Shown here one piece after another: positions 1 through 10,243 of a stretch of 64,000 bases of DNA. Source of the stretch: Spirochaetota bacterium (GTDB lineage: Bacteria > Spirochaetota > Spirochaetia > Treponematales > UBA12059). The translations under genes were made by a program, and so were the position numbers. The stretch covers positions 19,058 through 83,057 of the forward strand of contig JANNSO010000054.1 of the NCBI GenBank assembly GCA_031402655.1, in the 5' to 3' direction. Position 1 is the stretch's first letter. Every line of letters starts with the position of its first letter. Below the pieces are notes generated by a model. That model was not told the origin of the DNA and made no database searches. It saw only the letters and a program-made list of their open reading frames with translations.

Positions 1-779
1 CAGTTCCCGACATGCATCCATTGCCCCGCCGGACCCGCGGACCCTGCATACCGGATCGGCATGCCGTCCTCACCGTACAAGTCGCCCCCCGCTCCCAGAA
101 GCAATGCGTGCCCACCGGCCACGTCGTAATCGCTGGGGTCATGAACCGAGAAGGCGCAGTCCGCCTCGCCGACCGCAACCAGGGCGAAGCGATAGGCTAT
201 GCTGGGTTCTGCGCGAAAGCGATACGGCGCGCAGATACCGGAAAACACAGGGCTGGCCGTATCCGAGCCGCCGCTCGCGATTACCAGCGGCTTGCCGGAA
301 ACGGAAACTCTGTCTGCCGCGCTTACCAGTTCTCCGCCCCGAATCAGCGGACCGCCTTGCGCCCAGAAAAAAATATCACCAAAGCCCGACCGTGCCGAAT
401 AGGCGAATACAACGCCCAACACGGGTATGTCCCCGCAAATAAGCCCGATGGAGACCGCCGAACCCCGCCGTCCCGAAAGATACGCGTCGGTGCCGTCGTT
501 GGGATCCACGAGCCAGCGCAGGCTTTTTTCTGGAGGACCCGCGGAAAAGCGATTGCTTTCGGGGAGCTCTTCGCCGCGGAACCCATAATTTGGGTAGCGG
601 GAATCGAGCATGTCGTGAATCAGTTTCTCGGCTTGCGCATCCGCATCGCACTTGCCCCGCCCCCCTGGTGCGCCGCCGGGCGCATTGAACGCTTGGAGCA
701 ACAGCTCACCCGCTGCGATTGCGGCCAGTACTGCCGCATTCAGCTGCTCAGAGTATATCGAAACATAGCGTTCCGCCAT
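1..779 (-). CDS. inositol monophosphatase family protein (N-terminal part; gene runs off the left edge)
   Basis: Absent from the ORF track because it has no stop in the window. Manual translation of the - strand from ATG at 779 gives MAERYVSIYSEQLNAAVLAAIAAGELL...LRWLVDPNDGTDAY...DYDVAGGHALL without stops. WxVDPxDGT and D-x-AGG match IMPase/SuhB-fold motifs. The + ORF 12..890 is its antisense shadow. Confidence 0.7.
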   Translation of the reverse strand, partial: MAERYVSIYSEQLNAAVLAAIAAGELLLQAFNAPGGAPGGRGKCDADAQAEKLIHDMLDSRYPNYGFRGEELPESNRFSAGPPEKSLRWLVDPNDGTDAYLSGRRGSAVSIGLICGDIPVLGVVFAYSARSGFGDIFFWAQGGPLIRGGELVSAADRVSVSGKPLVIASGGSDTASPVFSGICAPYRFRAEPSIAYRFALVAVGEADCAFSVHDPSDYDVAGGHALLLGAGGDLYGEDGMPIRYAGSAGPAGQWMHVGN

Positions 780-820
780 GCCACGTGCTTGCCTGCTTGT
801 ATCGCGCAGCGAATCATGCA

Positions 821-1849
821 TCAAACTTCGAAAACCCAGCCTTCGGGCGCCTTGATGTCGCCGATCTGTATGCCCACCAGCGTATCATAAAGCTTGCGGC
901 TTACCGGTCCTACTTTTTCCTTGTCGTAGAAAACATGTTCCCTGTCCTCATGGCAGATGGAGGCTATGGGGCTGATGACCGCCGCGGTACCGCAGGCGCC
1001 GGCTTCGGCGAATTCGTCGAGCCTGTCAACGAAGACATCGCGTTCCTCCACCTGCAAGCCCAGATATTCCCTGGCTACATGCAACAGGGAGATCCTGGTA
1101 ATGCTCTGCAGGATCGACGGGGAGTTTGGTGTAATAAATTTATTATCTTTGGTAATGCCGAAAAAGTTGGCGGCGCCGACTTCCTCTATCTTGGTGTGGG
1201 TCGACGGGTCAAGGTAGATGGCGTCCGCGTAGCCCTTATCCTTGGCGATCTTATTGGAAAGCAGGCTTGCCGCGTAGTTGCCGCCGACTTTCGCCTGACC
1301 CGTTCCCTGGGGAGCGGCGCGGTCGAACTCGGAAACCATGAAGCTTACCGGACTCAGGCCTTTCTTGAAATACGGCCCCACAGGGCTGCAAAAAATGCCA
1401 AAGTGAAACTCGGGGGCCGAGCGCACTCCTAAATTGTCGCCCACTCCCATGAGATAGGGGCGCAGGTACAGGGATGCTCCGGTTCCATAAGGCGGCAGCC
1501 ATTTGTAATTGGCGCGAACGACCTTCTTGCAGGCCTCTATGAATCTGTCCTCGGGAAACCGGGGCATGACGAGGCGATCGCAACTGCGCTGCATGCGTTT
1601 GGCGTTCTCGTCGGGGCGAAAAAGCAATATCCTGCCGTCCTTGGCCGTATACGCCTTCAGCCCTTCGAAACAGGCCTGCCCATAATGAATAGCGGTGGAA
1701 GCCTCGCTGATTTTCAAGCGATTGCTTCTGACAAGGAGACCGTCGTTCCAGCTGCCGTCTTTCCAGCCTGCCGCGAAACGCCATGCGGTTTTGGTATAGG
1801 TAAAACCCAGTGAAGCCCAGTCGACAGCCGCTTTTTTTCCGGTTTTCAT
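821..1849 (-). CDS. ilvE: branched-chain amino acid aminotransferase
   Basis: 342-aa ORF with fold-type IV aminotransferase blocks: [40 protein letters not shown]. Confidence 0.9.
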   Translation of the reverse strand: MKTGKKAAVDWASLGFTYTKTAWRFAAGWKDGSWNDGLLVRSNRLKISEASTAIHYGQACFEGLKAYTAKDGRILLFRPDENAKRMQRSCDRLVMPRFPEDRFIEACKKVVRANYKWLPPYGTGASLYLRPYLMGVGDNLGVRSAPEFHFGIFCSPVGPYFKKGLSPVSFMVSEFDRAAPQGTGQAKVGGNYAASLLSNKIAKDKGYADAIYLDPSTHTKIEEVGAANFFGITKDNKFITPNSPSILQSITRISLLHVAREYLGLQVEERDVFVDRLDEFAEAGACGTAAVISPIASICHEDREHVFYDKEKVGPVSRKLYDTLVGIQIGDIKAPEGWVFEV

Positions 1850-1956
1850 GTGCGCTCGCCTCCAATTTCATGGACAGTTTCGGCGAATGGCGACAGAATG
1901 TCAAGATTGAAACAATTCGTCTTGACCTGAAAATTCGATCGGACTAGACTGGATCC

Positions 1957-2877
1957 ATGAAATTTCTTTACCCGTTTTTTTTTATAATCCTGCTTGTTGC
2001 CTGCACAGGCGTCAAAACGGGTATTCTTGCCACAAGCGAACCCAATGACAGGCATGCAACCATGCGTTTAAGCGTATCTTCCGATCCTCACTGGGGAAGC
2101 AAAATCGGCAACCCGTCGGCTAGGGCTTCGATTATCCGACGCCTTGCGCAGGAAAACCCTAAAATAGACGCATTCATACTGCTTGGCGACATAACGGATT
2201 TCGGCGGCGCCTGGTGGCAGGCGCGGGAGGCCTTCCAGGAACTCGATGCCGGCCTTGGGGGGATTCCGCTGATTACCATTCCAGGCAATCACGATCTATG
2301 GCTCGGAGGGCTGGCGCACTTTCGGAACTATTTCAGGAACCCGCGCGGCGCCGGGGATGACTCGAGCGCCCCCTTCTTTTCGCTGGACATAGGCGTCTCG
2401 ATACTCGTTTTTCTGGATATCCCGTCAGGTTCAGAAACTTTCACTTTTGCCCAGAAATCCTGGCTTGTCGGCGTCCTTTCGTCCGCCAAGTCATCCGGCA
2501 GGCCGGTTATAGTTTTCTCACACAGCTTCTTTTACGCTTCCGGCTACCGCAATTCATTCAGCGGCAAAAAATGGTACGACGATAAGAAAAACCTGGCCGC
2601 GCTGGAGCCGCTATTCAGGGAATATGGGGTTAAGCTCGTAATCAGCGGCCACAACCACTATTTGGAATTGCTGGAATCAGGCGGCGTAAGCTACGCAATC
2701 GTAGGCGCCATGGGCGGACGCCTCGACCCCGTTCCCACCTACGTCTCGCCGGCATCGCTGTGGTTCGAACAAGGTACCCACGGCAGCCTCGAGCTGGAAA
2801 TAAGCGACGGCAGGATATCGATGCGCTTCGTGGATCCGCTTGGCTCCGTGCTAAAGGAACATTCGATACTTTTTTAA
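1957..2877 (+). CDS. metallophosphoesterase, probable lipoprotein
   Basis: Hydrophobic N-terminus ending in lipobox-like LLVAC. Calcineurin-like phosphoesterase motifs GDITDFG, GNHD, GHNH. Confidence 0.8.
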   Translation: MKFLYPFFFIILLVACTGVKTGILATSEPNDRHATMRLSVSSDPHWGSKIGNPSARASIIRRLAQENPKIDAFILLGDITDFGGAWWQAREAFQELDAGLGGIPLITIPGNHDLWLGGLAHFRNYFRNPRGAGDDSSAPFFSLDIGVSILVFLDIPSGSETFTFAQKSWLVGVLSSAKSSGRPVIVFSHSFFYASGYRNSFSGKKWYDDKKNLAALEPLFREYGVKLVISGHNHYLELLESGGVSYAIVGAMGGRLDPVPTYVSPASLWFEQGTHGSLELEISDGRISMRFVDPLGSVLKEHSILF

Positions 2878-2880
2878 GCG

Positions 2881-4047
2881 TCAGCGCTTGCCGAAAATAT
2901 CCTCGAGCGCGGCCGAGGTTCGGGCAAAGACTTCCTCGAACGATCCCATGCCGTCTACTTTTACCACCCCGTGCAATTGGTTATATTTTGCTATCACGGG
3001 AACGGTCTTCGTCTCATGCTCGGAAAGCCGCTGCACGATCTTGCCCGTGGTATTGTCGTACGGCATGCAGCGGTCCGTCTTCCGGCGTTCGTCAAGGCGC
3101 TTGATAAGCTCGAGCGTCGGCACTTCGATCTCGATTACGCGGGAGATAGACGAGCCGTGCTTTTTCAGGAGGCCGTCGAGTATGTACGACTGCACGAGGG
3201 TTCTTGGGAATCCCTTGAATATGAATCCTTTAACGTCCTTACAGCTCTCGAGCTTCTTTTCAATCAGCTGAACCACGACTTCTTCGGGCACGAGCTGGCC
3301 GCTGCTGTAGAGCTTGAAGATATTTTCACCCACCAGGCTGCCCGACTTGATCTCTTCCTCGAGCATCGCCCCGGTGGCGACATACTCAAGGCCGTATTTC
3401 TTTGCGAGCGCCGCGCCCTGGGATCCGCGCCCCGAACCCGGATAGCCGAAAATAACCAGGTTGACCAAATGGCGGGACAGCTCGTCCGCGATGACGGCGC
3501 AGATGGAGGCGTTTACCTCTTCGATACTCCTGCCGCCATCGACTTTTTGGTAGATGCCCTTATCGCGATAAAAGTCCAGGACGGGCAGAGTCTTTTCGTT
3601 ATATTCGCGAAGCCGGTTGCGTATAACTTTTTCGTTGTCATCCAGCCGGCCGGAAGTCTTTCCGCGATTCATAAGCCTGGTTACCGACACCTCCTCTTCT
3701 ACTTCAAGGCTGATAAGGCAATGAAGGGAAGTGCTCAATTTAATCATGAGGCCTTCGAGGATATAGCACTGGATGTAAGTTCGAGGAAAGCCGTCAAAAA
3801 GGAATCCGTTGGCGTTTGGATTCTCGGTTATTGTTTTTTCTATTATCTGCACGATGATCTCGTCCGAAACTAGTCCACCGGACGCGATTATGCTTTTGGC
3901 TTCAAGGCCCAATTTGCTCTCGGCAGCAAGCTCCTTTCGGAGCAGGTCACCTGTGGATATATAAAAAAGATTGTATTCCTTGACTAAAAAATCCGACTGT
4001 GTACCTTTACCCGCACCAGGCGGACCGAATAGCGCTATGTTTATCAT
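2881..4047 (-). CDS. two-domain (tandem) adenylate kinase-like protein
   Basis: 388 aa. Residues 1-190 form a short-LID adenylate kinase (GPPGAGKGTQ P-loop, DGFPRT, NRGKTSGRLDDN). Residues 195-388 form a second Adk-like domain with an altered P-loop GYPGSGRGSQ (nt 3418..3447) and KGFPRT. Confidence 0.85.
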   Translation of the reverse strand: MINIALFGPPGAGKGTQSDFLVKEYNLFYISTGDLLRKELAAESKLGLEAKSIIASGGLVSDEIIVQIIEKTITENPNANGFLFDGFPRTYIQCYILEGLMIKLSTSLHCLISLEVEEEVSVTRLMNRGKTSGRLDDNEKVIRNRLREYNEKTLPVLDFYRDKGIYQKVDGGRSIEEVNASICAVIADELSRHLVNLVIFGYPGSGRGSQGAALAKKYGLEYVATGAMLEEEIKSGSLVGENIFKLYSSGQLVPEEVVVQLIEKKLESCKDVKGFIFKGFPRTLVQSYILDGLLKKHGSSISRVIEIEVPTLELIKRLDERRKTDRCMPYDNTTGKIVQRLSEHETKTVPVIAKYNQLHGVVKVDGMGSFEEVFARTSAALEDIFGKR

Positions 4048-4171
4048 GGCTGACTCCCTTCGAAAAACGTGGTTTCCATTACGCCAGTTTCGTATAGCTT
4101 GGCCATTGCGTCAAGGAAAATAGAAAATAAAGGAGAGCTCCTAAAGCTTCGGTTTTGCGAGATCTCCTCAA

Positions 4172-5713
4172 TCAAATATTCCGTGCGTACATCCGCGAAA
4201 GGTTTTTAAGCCACAGCCTCTGGGCAGAATCGAATTGCCCTTCTTGCAGCCTCCAGGTCCAGTTTCCGCCGACGGTCGACGGGGTATTCATCCTGCTATC
4301 GCTGTCCAGTTCCAGTATATCCTGAATCTGAACTATCGCGATGCGCGCGGAAGACTTGAGCGCTTCGCGTACGAGAGCCTGGCAAATATGCGGCGGGCGG
4401 TAGCCAAGGTATTCCTCCAAAAAGGCAATATCCTCCACGGCCGCCTTTTTGAATTTGCCCACCAGCGTATCATTGTCGTGCGTACCCGTATAGACAACGC
4501 AGTTTTCCGGATAATTGTGGGGAAAAAAAACATTGTCAGGCGACAGCGCGTCTCCAGATTCCCTGGAATCAAATGCGAATTGCAAAATCTTCATTCCGGG
4601 AAAACCGTAGCTGTCCCGAAGATCCCTGACTCCGTCCGTGATAAAACCCAAATCTTCCGCTATGATCGGTAGATTCGTTCCCAGCCTTTTTTTCAATACC
4701 CTGAAGAGCTCGTGGCCGGGCGCTTTTTCCCAGGTCCCAATGCGCGCGGTAAGAGCCTTGCCCGGAACCGCCCAATACGCCTCGAAGCCCCTGAAGTGGT
4801 CGATGCGAACCATATCGTATACACCCAGCGAATAACGCAGACGCTCCGTCCACCAGGCGAATTTTTCTTTCCGGTGGGCGGACCAGCGATAAACGGGATT
4901 CCCCCAAAGCTGTCCGTCCTCGCTGAAATAATCCGGAGGAACGCCGGAAACCTTCCTGGGAATTTTGGCGGAGTCCAGATCAAAAAGCTCGGGTCTCGAC
5001 CAGACGTCAGCCGAATCCAGCGCGGTAAAAATCGGCAGATCCCCAACGATTCGGATGCCTTTGCCGTTCGCGTAATCCTTGAGCTTGTTCCATTGGTTAT
5101 AAAAAAAATACTGCTGAACCTGTACCGCCTCGATTTCGTCGCTGTTGCCCTTTTCCCATTCGGCTACGGCCTTGCGCTCGGCGTTTCTCAACTCGATCGG
5201 CCAGTACGAATTCCACGTCGAAGAAGATACACCGTTCCTGGCGGCCATTTCGTCATAGTGATTCTTTATGGAGCGGTAAATCGCATAGTCCGAAAGCCAT
5301 TTTTTATGGCGGGTGACGAAATGCACATATTTCTTGCTGTTGCTCTGATCCTGCAGGAATCTCCTGGCCGCTTTTTTAAGGATGGGCCGCTTAGCCTCGA
5401 TCAGCCGGCCGAAATCTACTTTATCCGCGCTCAGGCTTACCAGGGAATCGAGATCGGACTGGGATATAAGCGCTTCGTTGAACAGCGCCAGCGGATCGAT
5501 AAACAGCTCGTTTCCCGCGAAGCTGGAAAAAGAAGAATACGGCGAATCTCCGTATCCTGTGGGACCCAGAGGCAAAATCTGCCAGAGAGTCTGGCCGGCT
5601 TCTGCCAGGGCATCCACAAAATCGAAAGCGGCTTTTCCAAAATCGCCGATACCGTATTTTCCGGGCAGGGAACTTATATGCAATAGGACACCGCTCGATC
5701 GCGCGCAGGTCAT
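4172..5713 (-). CDS. malQ: 4-alpha-glucanotransferase (amylomaltase, GH77)
   Basis: Typical MalQ N-terminus RSSGVLLHISSLPGKYGIGDFG and full-length GH77-like ORF. Start set at ATG 5713, 5 nt after GGAGGA (the track ORF begins at TTG 5725). Confidence 0.9.
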   Translation of the reverse strand: MTCARSSGVLLHISSLPGKYGIGDFGKAAFDFVDALAEAGQTLWQILPLGPTGYGDSPYSSFSSFAGNELFIDPLALFNEALISQSDLDSLVSLSADKVDFGRLIEAKRPILKKAARRFLQDQSNSKKYVHFVTRHKKWLSDYAIYRSIKNHYDEMAARNGVSSSTWNSYWPIELRNAERKAVAEWEKGNSDEIEAVQVQQYFFYNQWNKLKDYANGKGIRIVGDLPIFTALDSADVWSRPELFDLDSAKIPRKVSGVPPDYFSEDGQLWGNPVYRWSAHRKEKFAWWTERLRYSLGVYDMVRIDHFRGFEAYWAVPGKALTARIGTWEKAPGHELFRVLKKRLGTNLPIIAEDLGFITDGVRDLRDSYGFPGMKILQFAFDSRESGDALSPDNVFFPHNYPENCVVYTGTHDNDTLVGKFKKAAVEDIAFLEEYLGYRPPHICQALVREALKSSARIAIVQIQDILELDSDSRMNTPSTVGGNWTWRLQEGQFDSAQRLWLKNLSRMYARNI

Positions 5714-5833
5714 GATTTCCTCCAAGCTAAGGGCTACAGTGTAGCCAAGCTTGTCTTTCTAATCAAGCGCGCCTTAATAAAATTCTTCTCCATCCCCTAT
5801 TGCCACTGGACCGGTGTTTTCCTATAGTAAGGC

Positions 5834-6865
5834 ATGGCCTCGATCGAAGCAAGCAAATTTACTTTTACCGTTGAGGGAACCGAGCGCCGCCGCAGGCTCG
5901 ACGACGTGGTGTGCGAACGCCTGTGCCTTCTCCTCAAGGAAAGCGCTGCTCAAATTTCGCGCACCAAGGTCCGAAGGATGATATCGGAAGGAACCGTTTC
6001 TATAAACGGCAGGCCGGTATACACCACGACCCTGAGCGTAAAACCGGAAGACAGAATAAGCGTTTTTCTGGACCGGGAACGGTTCCTGCGGGAAAAAAAA
6101 CCGGATGATATAAAGCTGGAGCTGAGTAAAAACCAAATACTTTTCGAAGACGACTGGATAGTCATCCTGGACAAACCGGCGGGAATTCCCACGGAATCCA
6201 CCATCGTTGCCTCCCGCGACAGCCTGCATGCCGCGCTTCTGAGGTTCCTCTCCGCGCGCCACGCCCCGGGCCGCGCGGCTTCCGAAACGCCTCCCTACGC
6301 CGGCCTGCATCATCGCCTTGACCGCGAAACATCCGGGGTTATATTGTTCGCCAGGAACCCGGACGCCAACGCGCCGCTCCACGCCGCTTTCGAGCATCAC
6401 GAAGTGATAAAAATATATGAGGCGTTATGTTCGAGCCCTTCGGGCGGAACAAATCCGGCCGGCCGGGCAAGCCCTGAATTCACCGTGTCCAACATGATGG
6501 GCAGGGTCTCCGCCAAAAGCGCTCGCGCACAATGGGGAGAACTAAAATCGGGCGGACAGCGCGCCGAGACTGCGTTCCGGATTCTGGCTCAATATCCAAG
6601 CGGTACGCACATGCAGGCCATGCCGCGCACCGGGCGAACCCACCAGATACGCGTGCATCTCGCCGGTTTAGGCATGCCCATACTGGGCGATTCGCTATAC
6701 GGCGGCCGCACGGAATTAGGCGCACATAAGATAGGCAGGGTAATGCTTCATGCGATGAGCCTGGAGCTGCGCCACCCGATAAACGGGAAGCGCCTATGCG
6801 TCAAATCCCCCCTGCCAGCCGATTTCATGGAGTGCCTGGAGCGACTCGGGGAGACAAAGCGTTGA
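5834..6865 (+). CDS. RluA-family rRNA pseudouridine synthase with N-terminal S4-like domain (RluD-like)
   Basis: Catalytic-Asp block HRLDRETSGVILFA and HQIRVHLA block. S4-like RNA-binding N-terminus. Confidence 0.85.
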   Translation: MASIEASKFTFTVEGTERRRRLDDVVCERLCLLLKESAAQISRTKVRRMISEGTVSINGRPVYTTTLSVKPEDRISVFLDRERFLREKKPDDIKLELSKNQILFEDDWIVILDKPAGIPTESTIVASRDSLHAALLRFLSARHAPGRAASETPPYAGLHHRLDRETSGVILFARNPDANAPLHAAFEHHEVIKIYEALCSSPSGGTNPAGRASPEFTVSNMMGRVSAKSARAQWGELKSGGQRAETAFRILAQYPSGTHMQAMPRTGRTHQIRVHLAGLGMPILGDSLYGGRTELGAHKIGRVMLHAMSLELRHPINGKRLCVKSPLPADFMECLERLGETKR

Positions 6866-7818
6866 GGGTCTTCGATCCGCTCGGACTCTCGGAGGCATTC
6901 GCATTTCGTGAAAATTTAATAACGCAAGGAACCGACACCCTCAGGCTTTACTCGGGACTCTCCGACGGTACGGACGGCCTGTTCGTCGACAGGTTCGCCG
7001 GTTTCATCTCGGCGACGCTTTATGACCCGCTCATGGCCGGAGCGGCCGCGGCGCTCGCAGCGAGCCTGGAATCCCTGTTTCCCGGCGCAGCCGTCCTTGT
7101 CAAAGCCAGAAAAGACGCGTTTACGAACCAATACGAGTATCTGCATAATCCCCTATGGAGGCGCGAACAGGTGCTTACCTCCTGCGAGGGCGGGCTTCGC
7201 TACGAGATTCACAGCGACCCGCGGCACGACTATGGCCTGTATACAGATACGAAAGCAGCCCGATCCGCTCTGGCTGCCGAGTCGGGCGGGAAGACGATAC
7301 TCAACCTTTTTTCGTACACCTGCGCATTTGCCGTAGCCGCAACGGAGGCTGGCGGCAAACCGGTGAACATCGACCCCAGCCGCGATTACCTGGATTGGGG
7401 GGGACGCAACGCCGCATTGAACAAGCAGACTTTCCTGCGCTATGTGGACACGACCCAGGGCTATTTGGCGCGCCACCTGCGGCGGCTGGAATCCGGAAAG
7501 GATAAGCCTTACGATATTTGCGTCATGGATCCTCCCGCCTTCCTCGTAGGTCGCGGATCGGAACGGCTGGCCCGAAACATGTGGAAATTATGGGCAGACC
7601 AGCTCAAAAAATGTCAGTGCCGCCGCTTTATGCTCGTTTTCAATGATAAATCACCGCAAAACCGTAAGGAACAGCAAGAAACGTTACTAAAAATCTTCGA
7701 TTACGCAATACAGTTCGAAGAACTAGCCCAAAGCCCGGATGTTCTTGGCCAACAACTCACCGGAAACCAGGACAGCTTTTACCTCTCTCCCTCGGTATTT
7801 TGGGCAATCCGGGATTGA
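6796..7818 (+). CDS. class I SAM-dependent (rRNA) methyltransferase, RlmI/RlmK-like
   Basis: SAM-MTase core with ILNLFSYTCAF and VMDPPAF motifs. ATG 6796 overlaps the upstream gene by 70 nt. TTG 6862 (TTGA overlap with the upstream stop) is an equally plausible start. Confidence 0.75.
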   Translation: MRQIPPASRFHGVPGATRGDKALRVFDPLGLSEAFAFRENLITQGTDTLRLYSGLSDGTDGLFVDRFAGFISATLYDPLMAGAAAALAASLESLFPGAAVLVKARKDAFTNQYEYLHNPLWRREQVLTSCEGGLRYEIHSDPRHDYGLYTDTKAARSALAAESGGKTILNLFSYTCAFAVAATEAGGKPVNIDPSRDYLDWGGRNAALNKQTFLRYVDTTQGYLARHLRRLESGKDKPYDICVMDPPAFLVGRGSERLARNMWKLWADQLKKCQCRRFMLVFNDKSPQNRKEQQETLLKIFDYAIQFEELAQSPDVLGQQLTGNQDSFYLSPSVFWAIRD

Positions 7819-7829
7819 GCCCTGTCCCC
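7817..7829 (+). repeat. copy of 13-nt word GAGCCCTGTCCCC
   Basis: Exact copy spanning the TGA stop of the methyltransferase gene, in the 18-nt gap between convergent genes. Confidence 0.9.
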
Positions 7830-7836
7830 ATTTTTT

Positions 7837-9846
7837 CTACTTGAGCGCTCTTGCAGAATTCAGCACGGCGAGCAGGGCAACGCCGACATCCGCGATCACC
7901 GCTTCCCACATGGCAGCCATGCCAAATGCGCCAAAACTAAGGAACACCAGTTTTACCGTCAGGGCGAATGCCACATTCTGGATTACTATCGCCCGAGTTC
8001 TTCTGGCGCGGAAAATCGCCTCCGCCACGCGTGAAGGCTCATCGCTCATGATAACCACATCGGCACTTTCCACCGCTGCATCCGAGCCGGCCCCGCCCAT
8101 GGCAATACCCGTGTCGGCGCGTGCAAGCACCGGCGCATCGTTGACGCCGTCTCCCACAAACACCACGGAACCCCTGTTACCGGAGGCACCCAGACCGCTT
8201 TCCCGTATTATGCTTTCCAGCCTCTCAAGCTTGTGCTCGGGTAAAAGCTGGTGATGAACCTCTTCTATCCCCGCTTCGGCCGCTGCCCTTAAAGCCGCGG
8301 ACTCGGTGTCGCCGGTAAGCATGGCGATCCGCGTTACGCCCAGCTTGCGCAGGGAAACCATGGCGGCATTGCTGTCCGGCTTCAGGGTATCGGCTACGCT
8401 GATCCGGCCCGCATATTTTCCCGCCACGGCAACGTGGATCACGGTATTCTCGAACCTCAAGCCCCCGGGCGGGCAATCGTGCGGAATGTTCTTCAGATGC
8501 AATAAATTATCACCCCCGGCAAGCACCTCCTCGCCGCCGAGCGTAGCCACGGTTCCGTGCCCCGGGATTTCGCTGTAGGTTCCTTCGTCACAGCCGGGAT
8601 GGACGCTGCCGGTTTCCGCGAAGGCTCCTCGAATCGCTCGAGCCAAAGGATGGTTGGAGTGCGTGCCCGCCGCAGCCGCATGGCGCAGCAATTCAGGTGC
8701 CGTAAAGCCGTTGGCGGGTACAAGTTCGTGTACCCGGAAATCGCCGCTGGTCAAGGTTCCCGTCTTGTCGAACACGACGGTCTTCACATCGGCGAGCGAG
8801 TCGAGCACCCGAGCGCCTTTTATGAGGATGCCCCGCCTTGCGGCGCCTCCCAGCCCACCGAAATACGCAAGGGGAACGCTTATGACAAAGGCGCAGGGGC
8901 AGGAAATTACCAGCAGCACCAGAGCCCTGTATGCCCAGTCGGCAAAGCTGCGGTGAACTCCGACGATGAGTCCGCTCAAAGGAGGGACAAGAGCCACCAG
9001 AAGGGCCGCCACGACGACCGCCGGTGTGTACCAGCGGGCAAATCGCGTTATAAATAATTCAGTCCTGGCTTTTGCCTTGGAGGCGTTCTCCACCAGTTCG
9101 ACGATTTTGGCCGACGATGACTCCGAAGCCTTCTTGTCCGCCCGTACGATAAAGGCGGCATCGCGGGCAATATAGCCGGATAAGGCGATATCCCCGGGGA
9201 CAGCCTGGCGCGGCAAAGATTCCCCGGTCATCGATGCGGTATCGAAGGATCCTGTGCCCTCGATAATCTCCCCATCCACGGGGACTCGCTCACCCGGCCT
9301 TACCAGCACCAGCTCTCCTACAACGACGCCCTCGGGTGACAACTCGATCCAGGTGCCGCTTCGCTGTACGCGAGCCATGTCCGGCCTGAGCGCAAGCAGC
9401 GCCCGTATCGACCGGCGGCTCTTGTCGGCAGCGCCATCCTGCAGCATCTCGCCTATTTTATAAAATACCATGACGCCGATTGCCTCTTCCATAGCGCCAA
9501 TCGCGAATGCGCCGAGTGACGCAATGGCCATCAGGAACATCTCGTCGAAAACCCGCCCTCTAAGTATATTCCTCAGGGCGGACCACAGCACATCGTAGCC
9601 CGCCAGCAAATATGCGCCGGCAAAAAGCAGCAGTGCCAGTACCGGAACCCAAGACCCTCGAGCCTCCGCGTCACTTCCTGTCAATAAAAAATATGAAGCC
9701 AGGGCAATAAGCACCGAGATTCCCAAAGGAAGCAGTTTAGCGAAGACTACTTTAGACCCCCCGGATTCCACAGGCTTACCCATATCTTTTGCGCCAGCGC
9801 TGTTAGCACAGCAGGAACACGAAGTTTCCGCAGCTTGTATCTTCAT
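7837..9846 (-). CDS. heavy-metal translocating P1B-type ATPase (Cd/Zn/Co-type)
   Basis: 669 aa. CPC membrane motif (SCPCAF), DKTGTLT phosphorylation site, GDGVNDAP hinge, Cys-rich N-terminus CSCCAN. Lies 1 nt downstream of the arsR-family gene. Confidence 0.9.
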   Translation of the reverse strand: MKIQAAETSCSCCANSAGAKDMGKPVESGGSKVVFAKLLPLGISVLIALASYFLLTGSDAEARGSWVPVLALLLFAGAYLLAGYDVLWSALRNILRGRVFDEMFLMAIASLGAFAIGAMEEAIGVMVFYKIGEMLQDGAADKSRRSIRALLALRPDMARVQRSGTWIELSPEGVVVGELVLVRPGERVPVDGEIIEGTGSFDTASMTGESLPRQAVPGDIALSGYIARDAAFIVRADKKASESSSAKIVELVENASKAKARTELFITRFARWYTPAVVVAALLVALVPPLSGLIVGVHRSFADWAYRALVLLVISCPCAFVISVPLAYFGGLGGAARRGILIKGARVLDSLADVKTVVFDKTGTLTSGDFRVHELVPANGFTAPELLRHAAAAGTHSNHPLARAIRGAFAETGSVHPGCDEGTYSEIPGHGTVATLGGEEVLAGGDNLLHLKNIPHDCPPGGLRFENTVIHVAVAGKYAGRISVADTLKPDSNAAMVSLRKLGVTRIAMLTGDTESAALRAAAEAGIEEVHHQLLPEHKLERLESIIRESGLGASGNRGSVVFVGDGVNDAPVLARADTGIAMGGAGSDAAVESADVVIMSDEPSRVAEAIFRARRTRAIVIQNVAFALTVKLVFLSFGAFGMAAMWEAVIADVGVALLAVLNSARALK

Positions 9847-9847
9847 C

Positions 9848-10219
9848 TCATTTTCCTTTCTGTTCTATAAGGTGACTCCCGGCGACATGAAGAATATCCC
9901 TCACATGCTCGTCATCCAGTGTATAAAAAATTACTTTTCCATCCCGCCTGGGTCGAACAAGGCGGGTCCGCCGTAAAATTGCCAACTGATGGCTGATTGC
10001 GGACTGAGTCATCTCAAGAGCTGCCGCTAGGTCGCAGACACAAAGTTCCGACGCGGAAAGCGCATTCAGGATCCGCAAACGCGTGGCATCGGCAAATACC
10101 TTGAACAAGTCGGCAAGTGGAAGCAGCTCAGTCACGGGCATTTCTGCTTTTCGCGCAGCGTCCAGCGCGTCCGCATGAAGCTCGAGACAGGAACAGATGG
10201 GAATGGTGTCTGATTTCAT
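9848..10219 (-). CDS. ArsR/SmtB-family metal-sensing transcriptional repressor
   Basis: Winged-helix signature ATRLRILNAL..ELCVCDLAAAL..SAISHQLAILR. Start set at ATG 10219 behind GAGAGG (the track ORF extends to 10318). Confidence 0.85.
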   Translation of the reverse strand: MKSDTIPICSCLELHADALDAARKAEMPVTELLPLADLFKVFADATRLRILNALSASELCVCDLAAALEMTQSAISHQLAILRRTRLVRPRRDGKVIFYTLDDEHVRDILHVAGSHLIEQKGK

Positions 10220-10243
10220 GATTAACCTCTCAAACACATGTTC

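Noticed and set aside
12-890. 292-aa + strand ORF at the left edge; likewise the long ORFs 719..1432(+), 2971..3873(+), 4712..5686(+), 41969..42853(-), 53038..54156(+), 55981..56718(-), 56757..57479(-), 57910..58578(-), 61332..62048(-) and 62147..62752(-).
   Set aside because: Each lies antisense to, or out of frame with, an ORF that has clear family motifs. Their translations are Arg/Pro/Gly-rich with no motifs. These are typical shadow ORFs of GC-rich genes.
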